Below, one piece after another: positions 32,060-41,206 of a DNA stretch of 64,000 nucleotides. The stretch is taken from contig CAWJZR010000022.1 in the NCBI GenBank assembly GCA_963847435.1, positions 155,168-219,167 of the forward strand, given 5' to 3'. Under the pieces are notes generated by a model. The model made no database searches. It was not told the DNA's origin and was given only the letters and a program-made list of their open reading frames with translations. The position numbers and the translations under genes were made by a program. How positions within the stretch are numbered: the first letter of the stretch is position 1; every line of letters starts with the position of its first letter. Source of the DNA: an uncultured Alphaproteobacteria bacterium (lineage in GTDB: Bacteria; Pseudomonadota; Alphaproteobacteria; Rhizobiales; Hyphomicrobiaceae).

Positions 32060-32770
32060 ATGATGCGGTATCGAAATGTCGTCGTCTTGACGGGTGCGGG
32101 CCTTTCGGCGGAATCGGGCATCACCACGTTCCGCGACACGGGCGGCGTCTGGGCCAAGTACGATTACCGCGAAGTCGCAACGCCGGAAGGGTTCGAGCGC
32201 AATCCCAAACTCGTTCACGAGTTCTACAACATGCGCCGCCGCGACCATGCGATGGTGAAGCCGAATGCTGCGCACTACGCGCTGGCAAGGCTCGAAGCCG
32301 AGCACAAGGGCCGGGTCACGATCATTACCCAGAACATCGACGCGCTGCACGAAGCCTCGGGGTCCAAGCGTCTCATCCACATGCATGGTGAGTTGCTGAA
32401 AGCACTCTGCAATCACTGCGGCTCGACGCACGTGTGGATAGAGCACCTGAGCCTCGACACCCAATGTCCGCGGTGCGGGTCCGACCAAGGCATGCGGCCC
32501 GACGTCGTGTGGTTTGGTGAGATGCCGTACCAAATGGGCGAGATTGGGAAAGCACTCGTTGAGGCCGATCTTTTCATCTCGATCGGAACGAGTGGAAACG
32601 TGTATCCGGCCGCGGGCTTCGTCGCAGAGGCGAGCGAGGCTGGGGCTCACACCGTGGAGCTCAACCTGGAGCCGTCGGAGGGGGTCAGCTACTTCGCCGA
32701 GGCAATCCATGGGCCGGCGACGGTGATCGTGCCGGCGTATGTCGAGCGGCTTCTCGGGGGTTCGGCCTAG
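32060..32770 (+). CDS. cobB: NAD-dependent protein deacylase (Sir2/CobB family)
   Basis: Intact ORF. VVVLTGAGLSAESGITTFRD..ITQNIDALHE..HMHGEL..CPRCG..RPDVVWFGE. Confidence 0.9.
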   Translation: MMRYRNVVVLTGAGLSAESGITTFRDTGGVWAKYDYREVATPEGFERNPKLVHEFYNMRRRDHAMVKPNAAHYALARLEAEHKGRVTIITQNIDALHEASGSKRLIHMHGELLKALCNHCGSTHVWIEHLSLDTQCPRCGSDQGMRPDVVWFGEMPYQMGEIGKALVEADLFISIGTSGNVYPAAGFVAEASEAGAHTVELNLEPSEGVSYFAEAIHGPATVIVPAYVERLLGGSA

Positions 32771-32804
32771 AGATCGAGCTACTGCGCCAGCGTTCCTGCA
32801 AGCT

Positions 32805-34043
32805 CTAGCGCCGCAGGACCGCGACGGCTTCGACGTGCGCGGAGAACACGAACTGATCGATGGGCGTGATGCTTTCGAGCTTGTATCCGGCGTCCACGAG
32901 AATGCGAACGTCGCGGGCCAGCGTCGCCGGCGCGCACGAGACTGCGATCACGGTGCCGACCTTGGATTTGGCGAGCATCTCCGATTGTGCCTTCGCTCCT
33001 GCGCGCGGTGGATCCATCACCACGGCGTCGAAGCCTTCCAGCTCCTTGCGCGACAATGGCTCGCGAAACAAATCACGCGTCCGCGCTTCGATCGGTTTCA
33101 AAGCGGTGGCGTGATTTGCCGCGCGTTTCAGGGCCTCGATCGCCTTTGCGTCGCCGTCGATGGCCAAGATCTCGGTGCGCGCCGCGAGAGGAAACGTGAA
33201 GGTGCCGAGGCCACAGAACAGGTCCGCTACGCGCTTCGTGCGCTTTGGCAACGCGGCGAGGATCAGCTCTGCCATGCGGCGTTCTGCTTCGCGGGAGGCT
33301 TGAAGGAAGACACCCGCGGGCGGAATCGCGGTCGCCTTGCCGAAGCGCAGCTCGGGCGCGGCGCTTTCGTAGATCTGGTCGCCACCGACAGCGAAGCGGA
33401 CCAGGCGCAAATCAGCGGCAGCTTTCGCGACCTCGGAGCGCAGTGCGGCGTCCAGTTCGCGGGATGTCTCCTCGACCGAGACGTCGAGGCCGTTGTCGGC
33501 AGCGGTGACGGTGATGCGGGCCTCTCCGCGGCGCGAGAGCAGCGGCTCGATAAGTGCACGCAGCCCCGGCAATGCCTTCTCGATCTCGGGCGACAATACA
33601 GGACAGCACTCGAGATCGACGATGTCGTGGGTGCCGGCTTCGTGGAAGCCCAAGACGACGCCGCGGCCGGTGCGGATGGCGGAAAAGACCGCGCGACGAC
33701 GCTGACCGGGACCGATGGCGACGACTGGTTTCGGCTCAATGACCAGTCCGCGTTGGGTAAAGGCGGCTCGCAGCTGGTCGGTTTTCCAGGCGAGGTAGCG
33801 CTCGGGCGCCATGTGCTGCGCAGTGCAACCGCCACAGCGCGCGAAATGGCGGCAAATGGGGAGTGTGCGGTCGGCGGAGCCGGTCAAGACTTCGATGAGG
33901 CGACCGCGCTCGCCATCGACCTCGGCGCGGACCGTCTCGCCCGACAGGGTGAAGGCAACGTAAACGACCCCGGCCGGCGTATTGGCTATGCCGTCGCCTT
34001 GGGCGCCGAGGCGGGCAATCGTCAACTGTTGGGTGTCAGGCAT
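32805..34043 (-). CDS. Class I SAM-dependent RNA methyltransferase, RlmD/TrmA (RumA-like) family
   Basis: Intact ORF. Fe-S Cys pattern CRHFARCGGCTAQH..C. FLQASREAE..DLFCGLGTFTFPLA..VVMDPPRAGA. The ATG at 34043 overlaps the tlyA stop. Confidence 0.8.
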   Translation of the reverse strand: MPDTQQLTIARLGAQGDGIANTPAGVVYVAFTLSGETVRAEVDGERGRLIEVLTGSADRTLPICRHFARCGGCTAQHMAPERYLAWKTDQLRAAFTQRGLVIEPKPVVAIGPGQRRRAVFSAIRTGRGVVLGFHEAGTHDIVDLECCPVLSPEIEKALPGLRALIEPLLSRRGEARITVTAADNGLDVSVEETSRELDAALRSEVAKAAADLRLVRFAVGGDQIYESAAPELRFGKATAIPPAGVFLQASREAERRMAELILAALPKRTKRVADLFCGLGTFTFPLAARTEILAIDGDAKAIEALKRAANHATALKPIEARTRDLFREPLSRKELEGFDAVVMDPPRAGAKAQSEMLAKSKVGTVIAVSCAPATLARDVRILVDAGYKLESITPIDQFVFSAHVEAVAVLRR

Positions 34044-34788
34044 CGCGCACCGCTCCGACCAGGAATTCGACATTGCCATCCTTGCCGGGCAGCGGCGATG
34101 CGCATGTTCCTGCAATGCGCCAGCCTTCGGCTTCGAGACATGCCACGATCTTGGCAACCGCGCCGGAGCGGGCAGCTTCATCGCGGACTATGCCACCTTT
34201 GCCGATAAGCTCGCGGCCCAACTCGAACTGAGGCTTCACCAAAGCAACGAGCCAGCAGCCCGGCGCCGCGAGCTTCAAAGCGGCCGGCAGCGCCTGTGTC
34301 AATGAGATGAAGCTGACGTCGGAGACGATCGCCGTTACGGGCGAGGGAATGAGCGCACTATCAAGTATGCGCGCATCGATGCCTTCCAGGTCGACGACGC
34401 GACTATCCGATCTCAAATCTGGGTGCAGTTGCCCGTGTCCCACATCGACGGCATAGACGCGTTCGGCGCCGCCTTCCAGCAGCGTCTGCGTGAAGCCCCC
34501 GGTGGACGCGCCGACGTCGATCGCGAGGCGGCCTTCGGCCGAGAACCCGAAGGCCTGCAGACCAGCCGCCAGCTTGTTGGCCGCTCGGGAGACGCGGCTT
34601 GCGGCTTCAGCGGGTACGGTAAGCGTGTCGGCCGTCGAGACCAGCTCGCCCGCCTTGGCCGCAACACGGCTGCCGACACGCACCTCGCCACGCAGGATAA
34701 GGTCGCGAGCCCGCGCCCGCGTTGGCACGAGCCCGCGCTCCACCAGTGCTTGATCCAAACAAATCCGCGCGCTCACGTCGTCACTCAC
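34036..34788 (-). CDS. tlyA: TlyA family rRNA (cytidine-2'-O)-methyltransferase
   Basis: Intact ORF. S4-like N-terminus (LDQALVERGLVPTRARARDLILRGEVRV) and FtsJ-like region DVGASTGGFTQTLLEGGAERVYAVDVGHGQL. Confidence 0.9.
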   Translation of the reverse strand: MSDDVSARICLDQALVERGLVPTRARARDLILRGEVRVGSRVAAKAGELVSTADTLTVPAEAASRVSRAANKLAAGLQAFGFSAEGRLAIDVGASTGGFTQTLLEGGAERVYAVDVGHGQLHPDLRSDSRVVDLEGIDARILDSALIPSPVTAIVSDVSFISLTQALPAALKLAAPGCWLVALVKPQFELGRELIGKGGIVRDEAARSGAVAKIVACLEAEGWRIAGTCASPLPGKDGNVEFLVGAVRDA

Positions 34789-34894
34789 GATCAGTTATGC
34801 TGCTAATTCCTACCGCACCGATATAGTCGGGGCACTGGATCGAAACGGCACCGTCGCCGTTCTTCTCGAAGCCGCTCTATCATCCCGTGAAACC

Positions 34895-35650
34895 ATGAGG
34901 AAAGCCATGCTACGCATCGACAGGGACGCCATGCTCCGCATGGATCGCCGCGCGTTCGTCACCGGCATCGCAGCCTTCTCCACTTGCGTCCTGCACGACC
35001 GCAGCTTCGCGCAGACGTCAGCGGGTCCATTCTCGCTGCCGCCATTGCCTTACGCAACAAATGCCCTGGAACCGCATATCGACGCCAGGACCATGGAACT
35101 TCATCATGGAAAGCACCACGCGGCTTATATCAACAACCTGAACGCGGCGCTGAAAGACCACAGCCAAGTGGCCGCAATGCCGCTGGATCAGATCCTGGCC
35201 AAGCTCGGCGAATTGCCGGAGGGGATACGGACGACGGTGCGCAACAACGGCGGCGGACATGCCAATCACACCATGTTCTGGCAGATCATGGGTAAAGACG
35301 GCGGTCAACCGACGGGCGCGCTGAAATCCGCGATCGACGCCGCGTTCGGCAGCCTCGAGAAGATGCAAGAGCAGTTCAATGCCGCAGGCGGCAAAGTGTT
35401 CGGCTCGGGTTGGGTTTACGTCTCAGTGAGCCCGGACGGCAAACTCGCGCTCGTTTCGAAACCGGGCCAGGACACGCCGCTGATGGATGGCGGGCGGGCG
35501 CTGTTCGGCAACGACGTGTGGGAGCACGCCTATTACCTCAACTATCAGAACCGGCGCGCCGACTACCTCAAGGCGTGGTGGAACGTCGTCAACTGGAAGG
35601 CGGTTGGAGAGCGGTTTGCGGCCGCCAAGGCAGGCAAGCTCTCCGTTTGA
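34895..35650 (+). CDS. sodB: Fe/Mn superoxide dismutase with a twin-arginine (Tat)-type signal peptide. The start Met is ambiguous.
   Basis: DRRAFVTGIAAFSTCVL..SFAQ signal. Then FSLPPLPYATNALEPHIDARTMELHHGKHH..GGGHANHTMFW..DVWEHAYYLNYQNRRADYL. Confidence 0.85.
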   Translation: MRKAMLRIDRDAMLRMDRRAFVTGIAAFSTCVLHDRSFAQTSAGPFSLPPLPYATNALEPHIDARTMELHHGKHHAAYINNLNAALKDHSQVAAMPLDQILAKLGELPEGIRTTVRNNGGGHANHTMFWQIMGKDGGQPTGALKSAIDAAFGSLEKMQEQFNAAGGKVFGSGWVYVSVSPDGKLALVSKPGQDTPLMDGGRALFGNDVWEHAYYLNYQNRRADYLKAWWNVVNWKAVGERFAAAKAGKLSV

Positions 35651-35678
35651 GGGTCACGTCCGAGGTTGAGCGGCGACC

Positions 35679-36173
35679 TCAGTGCCTCTGCTGGGCACGG
35701 TGGCGCGTCAAAGCGTCCGCCGTGCCGGCGACCAGCTTCGAAGTCGCGGACTGCTGCGGTCCGGAGGTTTTCTGTCTCGACTGTTTGCCCTCGCGGATGG
35801 AGTAGCGGCCCGGGCCATTGGCCACGAGCATCACCAAGCCGCCTGCGATCGCGAGGTTTTTCATGAAGTCGACGAGGTTGTTGTCAACCGTGATGTGCCG
35901 GTGGAAGACGGCCGCCGTCACCAGCGCGAGGACCGCCAGAAGTCCTGCGGCAGCGCGCGTAAAGATGCCGCCCAGAATGCACAAACCGCAACCGATCTGC
36001 AGCGCGAGAACGACAGGGAGCGCGGCAGCGGGCACGCCGAGGCCGGCCATGTACTCGACCGATGCGGCATAGGATTGGAGATTGGTCGCGGCCGAGACGA
36101 GGAAGATCGACGCGAGCAGGATACGTGCAAGCAAGCTCAAGGCGGCATGGCTCGTCGCTGCTGGCTTCGTCAT
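35679..36173 (-). CDS. DoxX family membrane protein
   Basis: Intact ORF. LLARILLASIFLVSAATNL..AAALPVVLALQIGCGLCILGGIFTR..AIAGGLVMLVANGPGRYSI. Confidence 0.75.
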   Translation of the reverse strand: MTKPAATSHAALSLLARILLASIFLVSAATNLQSYAASVEYMAGLGVPAAALPVVLALQIGCGLCILGGIFTRAAAGLLAVLALVTAAVFHRHITVDNNLVDFMKNLAIAGGLVMLVANGPGRYSIREGKQSRQKTSGPQQSATSKLVAGTADALTRHRAQQRH

Positions 36174-36358
36174 GAAGCGGAACTCCCCTTGGCGGCAGAG
36201 CGCCCGGCCACACGAAATCAAAGTGGGAATAGTCTGCCGGCGGCGAATCGATAAATATTCGGCTCGATCATATCGCCCCTAGCCCCGCCCGCATAGCGGG
36301 ACAGGCGAACGCGTGCCGCGATCGAAGCGCCTTTCCGGCTAATCCCTGAAGCTCGTTG

Positions 36359-36625
36359 TCAGGTATTGGGGTCGAGCGGCTCGGTCCCCTTTGGAGTTCC
36401 GTCCTGGTCGAACGTGAGCTTCACGACCTTCGCTTCCGCTTGGCGAAGGAGCTTGTCGCAATGCTCCTTCAGCTGCTCGCCGCGCTCCCAGATAACGATG
36501 CTCTCCTCAAGCTCGACATCGCCGCGCTCGAGCCGGCCGACGATGGTTTCGAGCTCCTTCATGGCGCGCTCGAAACTCATCTCGTTGATGTCGGCGTGCT
36601 TGACCGTGGGCTTTTCGATGCTCAT
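36359..36625 (-). CDS. xseB: Exodeoxyribonuclease VII small subunit
   Basis: Intact [52 protein letters not shown]. Confidence 0.9.
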   Translation of the reverse strand: MSIEKPTVKHADINEMSFERAMKELETIVGRLERGDVELEESIVIWERGEQLKEHCDKLLRQAEAKVVKLTFDQDGTPKGTEPLDPNT

Positions 36626-36691
36626 CGGGCTTGAAGATCCTCGCAGAATGTTGGCGCGCTCCGGTGACCGGTGGGACCGCGCGCCAATCCT

Positions 36692-37635
36692 TCAGGCGCC
36701 GACCTCCATGAGCGTGCGGACATGAACGCCGACCGAGCGGGCGAGCGCGGTGAGATCATAGCCGCCTTCAAGCACGGAGACGACGCGCCCCTTACAATGC
36801 TTGTGGGCAACATCGGCGAGTTGCTCGGTTACCCACATGTAATCGGCTTCGACAAGCTGGAGGTTGCCGAGCGGGTCGTCCTTATGGGCGTCGAAGCCGG
36901 CGGAGATGACAACGAGATCCGGGGAGAAATTGCGGAGGCTCGGCAGGATGCGAACCTCGAAGGCCTCGCGGAAGGATTCGCCGCCGTCACCTGGGCGGAG
37001 AGGCGCATTCCAGACGTTGCCGACGCCCGTTTCCGACAGAGCGCCCGTGCCGGGATAGAGCGGCATCTGGTGGGTTGAGGCGAAATAGAGATCCTTGTCA
37101 CCCCAGAAGATGTCTTGCGTGCCGTTGCCGTGATGGACGTCGAAATCGACGACCGCGACGCGCTCGGCGCCATGCTTCTTGCGGGCGTACATGGCGGCGA
37201 TGGCTGCGTTGAGAAGAAGCAGAAGCCCATCGCGCGGTTCGCTTCCGCGTGATGACCGCAGGGGCGCACCTGGGCGAAGGCGTTTGCAACCTCGCCCGTC
37301 ATCACCTTGTCCACGGCTTCTAAGCCTGCGCCCACGGCACGAAGAGCGGCCTCCCAGCTCCCCGGCGACATCACTGTATCGGGGTCGAGATGAACGCCGT
37401 CCTGGCCTTCGCGTGGACGGGCCGCCTTCACCTGCTCGAGATAATGCTTCGGGTGAGCGAGCAGGATCTGATCCTCGACGTCATCGCGCAGCGGCGCCTC
37501 GGCGCGGATCAGATCCTTGAACATATCGTGCCCGAGAACGCGGTCGATCGCCCGCATGCGGTCGGGCCGTTCGGGATGGCCGGGGCCGGTCAAATGATTG
37601 ACGAAACAGGGATGTGTGATGAGGAAGGTCGACAT
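36692..37635 (-). CDS. Histone deacetylase-family (acetoin utilisation/APAH-like) deacetylase. One frameshift near 37205.
   Basis: HPERPDRMRAI..RPCGHHAEANRAMGFCFF in one frame. NAAIAAMYARKKHGAERVAVVDFDVHHGNGTQDIFW..ISAGFDAHKDDPLG..LEGGYDL in the other. Confidence 0.85.
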
Positions 37636-37826
37636 GGAGAGACCGGGTCCTTGGGCGCGGGGTTAATACCTTGTTTTGGGCTCATGTTAGCCGACAGGCA
37701 CCGATCTGTCATAGACCTCGGTCAGAATCCTGTCCCGCGGCGACTGCACGTCTGAGCGCCTCCCCGCACGATCCAGATCAAAGACAGTCGCAAACTGCTC
37801 GACCTCGAGGTCCGCCAAGTCCTGCC

Positions 37827-38708
37827 CTACGTCAGCATCGACACCTGCGCCAAGGTCACGCCGGGAGGCGGAACGCTGTCGTCGGGAACGAAGAAGTCGG
37901 GTGCCAAAGGCACAGACCTGTCGACCCGGTAGCCCTCGAAGTCGGTGACGCCGCCAACGGCGTGCAGGAAGGTATCGTCGATCAGGAAATTGCCGGTGAA
38001 GCTTTTCGCCGGCTGGAGGAAGATCAGGTGCGCGGCATCGGCGAGGATGGCGGGCGTTCGGCTCATCTGCATGAGCTTGCTGCCGCCGAGCAGATTGTTG
38101 ACGGCGGCGGTGGCGATGGTGGTGCGCGGCCACAGTGCGTTGACCGCCACGCCGTCGCTCTTCAACTCCTCGGCGAGACCGAGCACGCACAGGCTCATCC
38201 CGTACTTGGCGATCGAGTAGGCGACGTGACCGGCGAACCATTTCGCGTTCATGTCGAGCGGCGGCGACAGCGTGAGGATGTGCGGGTTCTGAGCTTTACG
38301 CAGGTGCGGAAGGCAAGTCTTCGATACAAGGAACGTGCCGCGCGCGTTGACGCCGAACATCAGGTCGAAGCGCTTGATCTCCGTCTTGTCGATCGGAGTA
38401 AGCGAAATCGCGGACGCGTTGTTGACGCAGATGTCGATGCCACCGAACGTCTCGACCGTCTTGGCAACGGCGTCCTGGACCTGCGTCTCTTCGCGGATAT
38501 CACACACCAGAGGTAAGGCTCGTCCGCCCGCTTTCTCGATGGCCTCGGCGGCCGAGTAGATGGTGCCGTCCAGCTTGGCGTGTGGCTCGGCCGTCTTGGC
38601 CGCGATGGCGATGTTGGCACCGTCGCGGGCGGCCCGCAGCGCGATCGCGAGGCCGATGCCACGGCTGGCGCCGGTGATGAACAGAGTCTTGCCCTTCAGG
38701 CTCGCCAT
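37827..38708 (-). CDS. SDR family oxidoreductase (HSDL2-like)
   Basis: Intact ORF. KTLFITGASRGIGLAIALRAARDGANIAIAAKT..NNASAI..YSIAKYGM. Confidence 0.85.
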   Translation of the reverse strand: MASLKGKTLFITGASRGIGLAIALRAARDGANIAIAAKTAEPHAKLDGTIYSAAEAIEKAGGRALPLVCDIREETQVQDAVAKTVETFGGIDICVNNASAISLTPIDKTEIKRFDLMFGVNARGTFLVSKTCLPHLRKAQNPHILTLSPPLDMNAKWFAGHVAYSIAKYGMSLCVLGLAEELKSDGVAVNALWPRTTIATAAVNNLLGGSKLMQMSRTPAILADAAHLIFLQPAKSFTGNFLIDDTFLHAVGGVTDFEGYRVDRSVPLAPDFFVPDDSVPPPGVTLAQVSMLT

Positions 38709-38784
38709 GGTCCGCTTCGCTCCCGCATTTTTTGCCGTATGGGATGTATCCTACGGCAGAGCGAGCGAAACGGACCAGTTCGAA

Positions 38785-40335
38785 TCAGGTCGCTTTGGCG
38801 CCGGTTCCCTTGCGCCAAACCCAGCGGGCGAGACGGAAGGGCGCGGTCATCATCTCCCACACCTGAATGGTTATGACAGCCAGGAACGCGAACGGGCCGG
38901 CGATTGGCAGGAACAGCAGCAGGAATGCGAGGAGCCGGGCGGCGCGGGCAAGGTTGTACCCGACCGGGCCGGCATATTCCGACTTGACTTCGACTGGCCA
39001 GATTCGCAGCCACCACGCGCTCGTCACACCCCAGCTCAGTATGCCAGTCATCAAGCACGTGAGATAACCGATCTGAACCCACGACGGCAGGAATGGCAGG
39101 ATGCGCGCGTCCAATTCCTTTTGGCGCGACGCGCTCGCCATGTGGGCGTGAACGGCAGTGGTGAGGACGTGGCCGGTGACGTGACCCATGACTTGGCCGG
39201 CGAGGTCGTCCGCGAAGCCGCCGACCCAGTCGGTCAAGCCGCCGCCCAACCCGCCACCAGGAACCGCCGCCGTTCCAGAGGGCGTCGCCTGTACCAAAAC
39301 TCGGCCGGGGCTTTCGGCGGAAGCCGTAACAGCGAGCTGCCCGCGTGATGCGCCGAGAGCATTGAGGAAATCGGCGAAACTTGCCCGGGTCAGCGCGTCG
39401 TCGAGGCCCTTTACCTCGACACGCTGCCACAGCCAATTGCGCCCGCCCGGCTGGCGTCCCGCTGTCTGATCCAGCACCACCAGATTGACGTCAGCTGCTT
39501 CGGCGGCGGCTGTCAGGTCCTTCAGGACAATCGAGCTTTCCGCACCCTTGGGCGGGTTGAAGCGCAGCACGTCGCCGTCGACGCGGCCGGTGACGAGCAC
39601 TGTCTGGCCGCGCACCGACGACAGGGCTGCCGGCAGCTTGTAGGGATCGACGATATCGACGACGGCGGCACGCGTCTGCGGGTCAAATTTCGGCACCGCA
39701 GACAGCCGCTCTGGACCGCCCGGCTCGAGTGACAGCACGCGAACGTCGGCCTTCTTCAAAGGCCGTGCGAGCTGCCAGACCGCTTCATCGAACAGTGCAG
39801 GGTCGGTGAGTGCGACGACGATGTTGGGTCGCACCTCGGCATACAGCGCCTCGGTCGCCCCGACGCCTTTGCGGATCAGCTTGTAGCTGTCGTGCCCCAC
39901 GACGACGTTCAGCTCGGCAGCCTTTGGAAGGTCTTTCAGTGCCGCGCGGCTTTCGAATACCGTCTGCTCTGTGAGGTAGAGAGCCAGCGCCTGCCCTTCG
40001 GCGACCTCCGGGGCCAGCGTGGGAATGGCGCGGGCCAATTCTTGCGGTGTCCCGGCCGTGAAAACCTCGCCGCTGCGGTTGACGAATTTCCAGTGACCTT
40101 CCTGAGTGACGTGAGCGGCGAGTGCTGCCCCTTTCGCAGTTGCCGGCAAGCCTTTGACGACTGTTGCCGCCCGCTCGAGCGAAGCAATGCCGAGCTTACC
40201 CGCTTTGGCACCGACCGCGCCGACCTCGGCCGCACCGCCCGCAATGCGCGTCAGCCAGCCGGCGCTTGCCGCGGGCAAGCTGGCCATCGCCACAGCGGCA
40301 GCCAACAACAGGGATGGGAAAAGCTTTCCTCTCAT
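38785..40335 (-). CDS. Hypothetical exported protein with a C-terminal multi-TM anchor (516 aa, no family recognised)
   Basis: Intact ORF. Signal peptide MRGKLFPSLLLAAAVAMASLPAASA. Gly-rich linker PGGGLGGGL. Hydrophobic C-terminal segments (IGYLTCLMTGILSWGV; LLAFLLLFLPIAGPFAFLAVITI). Confidence 0.5.
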   Translation of the reverse strand: MRGKLFPSLLLAAAVAMASLPAASAGWLTRIAGGAAEVGAVGAKAGKLGIASLERAATVVKGLPATAKGAALAAHVTQEGHWKFVNRSGEVFTAGTPQELARAIPTLAPEVAEGQALALYLTEQTVFESRAALKDLPKAAELNVVVGHDSYKLIRKGVGATEALYAEVRPNIVVALTDPALFDEAVWQLARPLKKADVRVLSLEPGGPERLSAVPKFDPQTRAAVVDIVDPYKLPAALSSVRGQTVLVTGRVDGDVLRFNPPKGAESSIVLKDLTAAAEAADVNLVVLDQTAGRQPGGRNWLWQRVEVKGLDDALTRASFADFLNALGASRGQLAVTASAESPGRVLVQATPSGTAAVPGGGLGGGLTDWVGGFADDLAGQVMGHVTGHVLTTAVHAHMASASRQKELDARILPFLPSWVQIGYLTCLMTGILSWGVTSAWWLRIWPVEVKSEYAGPVGYNLARAARLLAFLLLFLPIAGPFAFLAVITIQVWEMMTAPFRLARWVWRKGTGAKAT

Positions 40336-40366
40336 GACCGGAACGTAGCCCGCAACTCTGGCGAAA

Positions 40367-41135
40367 TCAGCTCTTCAGCTTGGCGAAGTCAGCCGGGCGC
40401 TTTTCGAGAAACGCCTGGAACGCTTCCGTGGCCTCGGGCGAGGACAGCCGCGCCTTGAACGAGATCAGCTCCTCGTCCGTGTGGGCCAGCACAGCGGCGG
40501 CGCGGTTTCGCATCAGACGCTTGGAGATCATGACCGCTTCCGGGGCCTTGGCCGCGAGGCGCTTAGCGATGGCGAAGCACCTTGGCCTCAAGATCGGCAT
40601 GCGGCAGTACCGCGTTGATCATACCGGCCTCGAGCGCCCGTTCGGCCGAGAACGTCTCGCCCAGAATCAGCATCTCGAAGGCACGAGCTTGGCCCATGCG
40701 CTCGGGCATCAACAGGCTGGAGGCCGCCTCCGGCACGAGGCCGAGATCGAGAAACGGCGTCGTGAAGCTGGAAGTCGGGCTCGCGTAGACGAGATCACAG
40801 TGAAACAGCATCGTCGTGCCGATACCGACGGCGGGGCCGTCTACCGCCGCGAGCAAGGGTTTCTTGACCCCGGGTAACGTGCGGATGAAACGCTCGGCAC
40901 CACCGGTGTTGCCGGCCTTGGCGTGGCCGAGAAACTCCGCGATGTCGTTGCCCGCCGAGAAAATACCGCCCGAGCCCAGGAAGACGTTGACGCGCACGTC
41001 GTCCGAGGAGTCGCCGGAGTCAAGCGCGTCGGCCAGGGCGTTGTACATCGCAACCGTGAGCGCATTCTTCTTGGCTGCGCGGGTGAGGCGCAGCGTCTGC
41101 ACGCCGCCGCTTCGCGAGATCTCGACGTCGTGCAT
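40367..41135 (-). CDS. Enoyl-CoA hydratase/isomerase family protein. One frameshift near 40571.
   Basis: VQTLRLTRAAKKNALTVAMYNAL..VFLGSGGIFSAGNDI..KPLLAAVDGPAVGIGTTMLFHCDLVYA. The C-terminal IAKRLAAKAPEAVMISKRLM.. is in another frame. Confidence 0.85.
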
Positions 41136-41206
41136 GGGTGCTTCCTCGAAGAACGGGCATCAGTCCAGACAAACGTCATGCTGGCCAGAACCGGCAATCA
41201 GTTGCA

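Noticed and set aside
32739-34208. 489-aa plus-strand ORF
   Set aside because: It is antisense to the RumA-like methyltransferase and the tlyA 3' end. No recognisable motifs; a GC-driven open frame.
38709-38784. GTTCGAATC (tRNA T-loop-like) string and a GCCGTA..TACGGC hairpin
   Set aside because: No acceptor, D or anticodon arms can be drawn, so it is not a tRNA. The hairpin is flanked by a T-run on the wrong side for a terminator on either strand.
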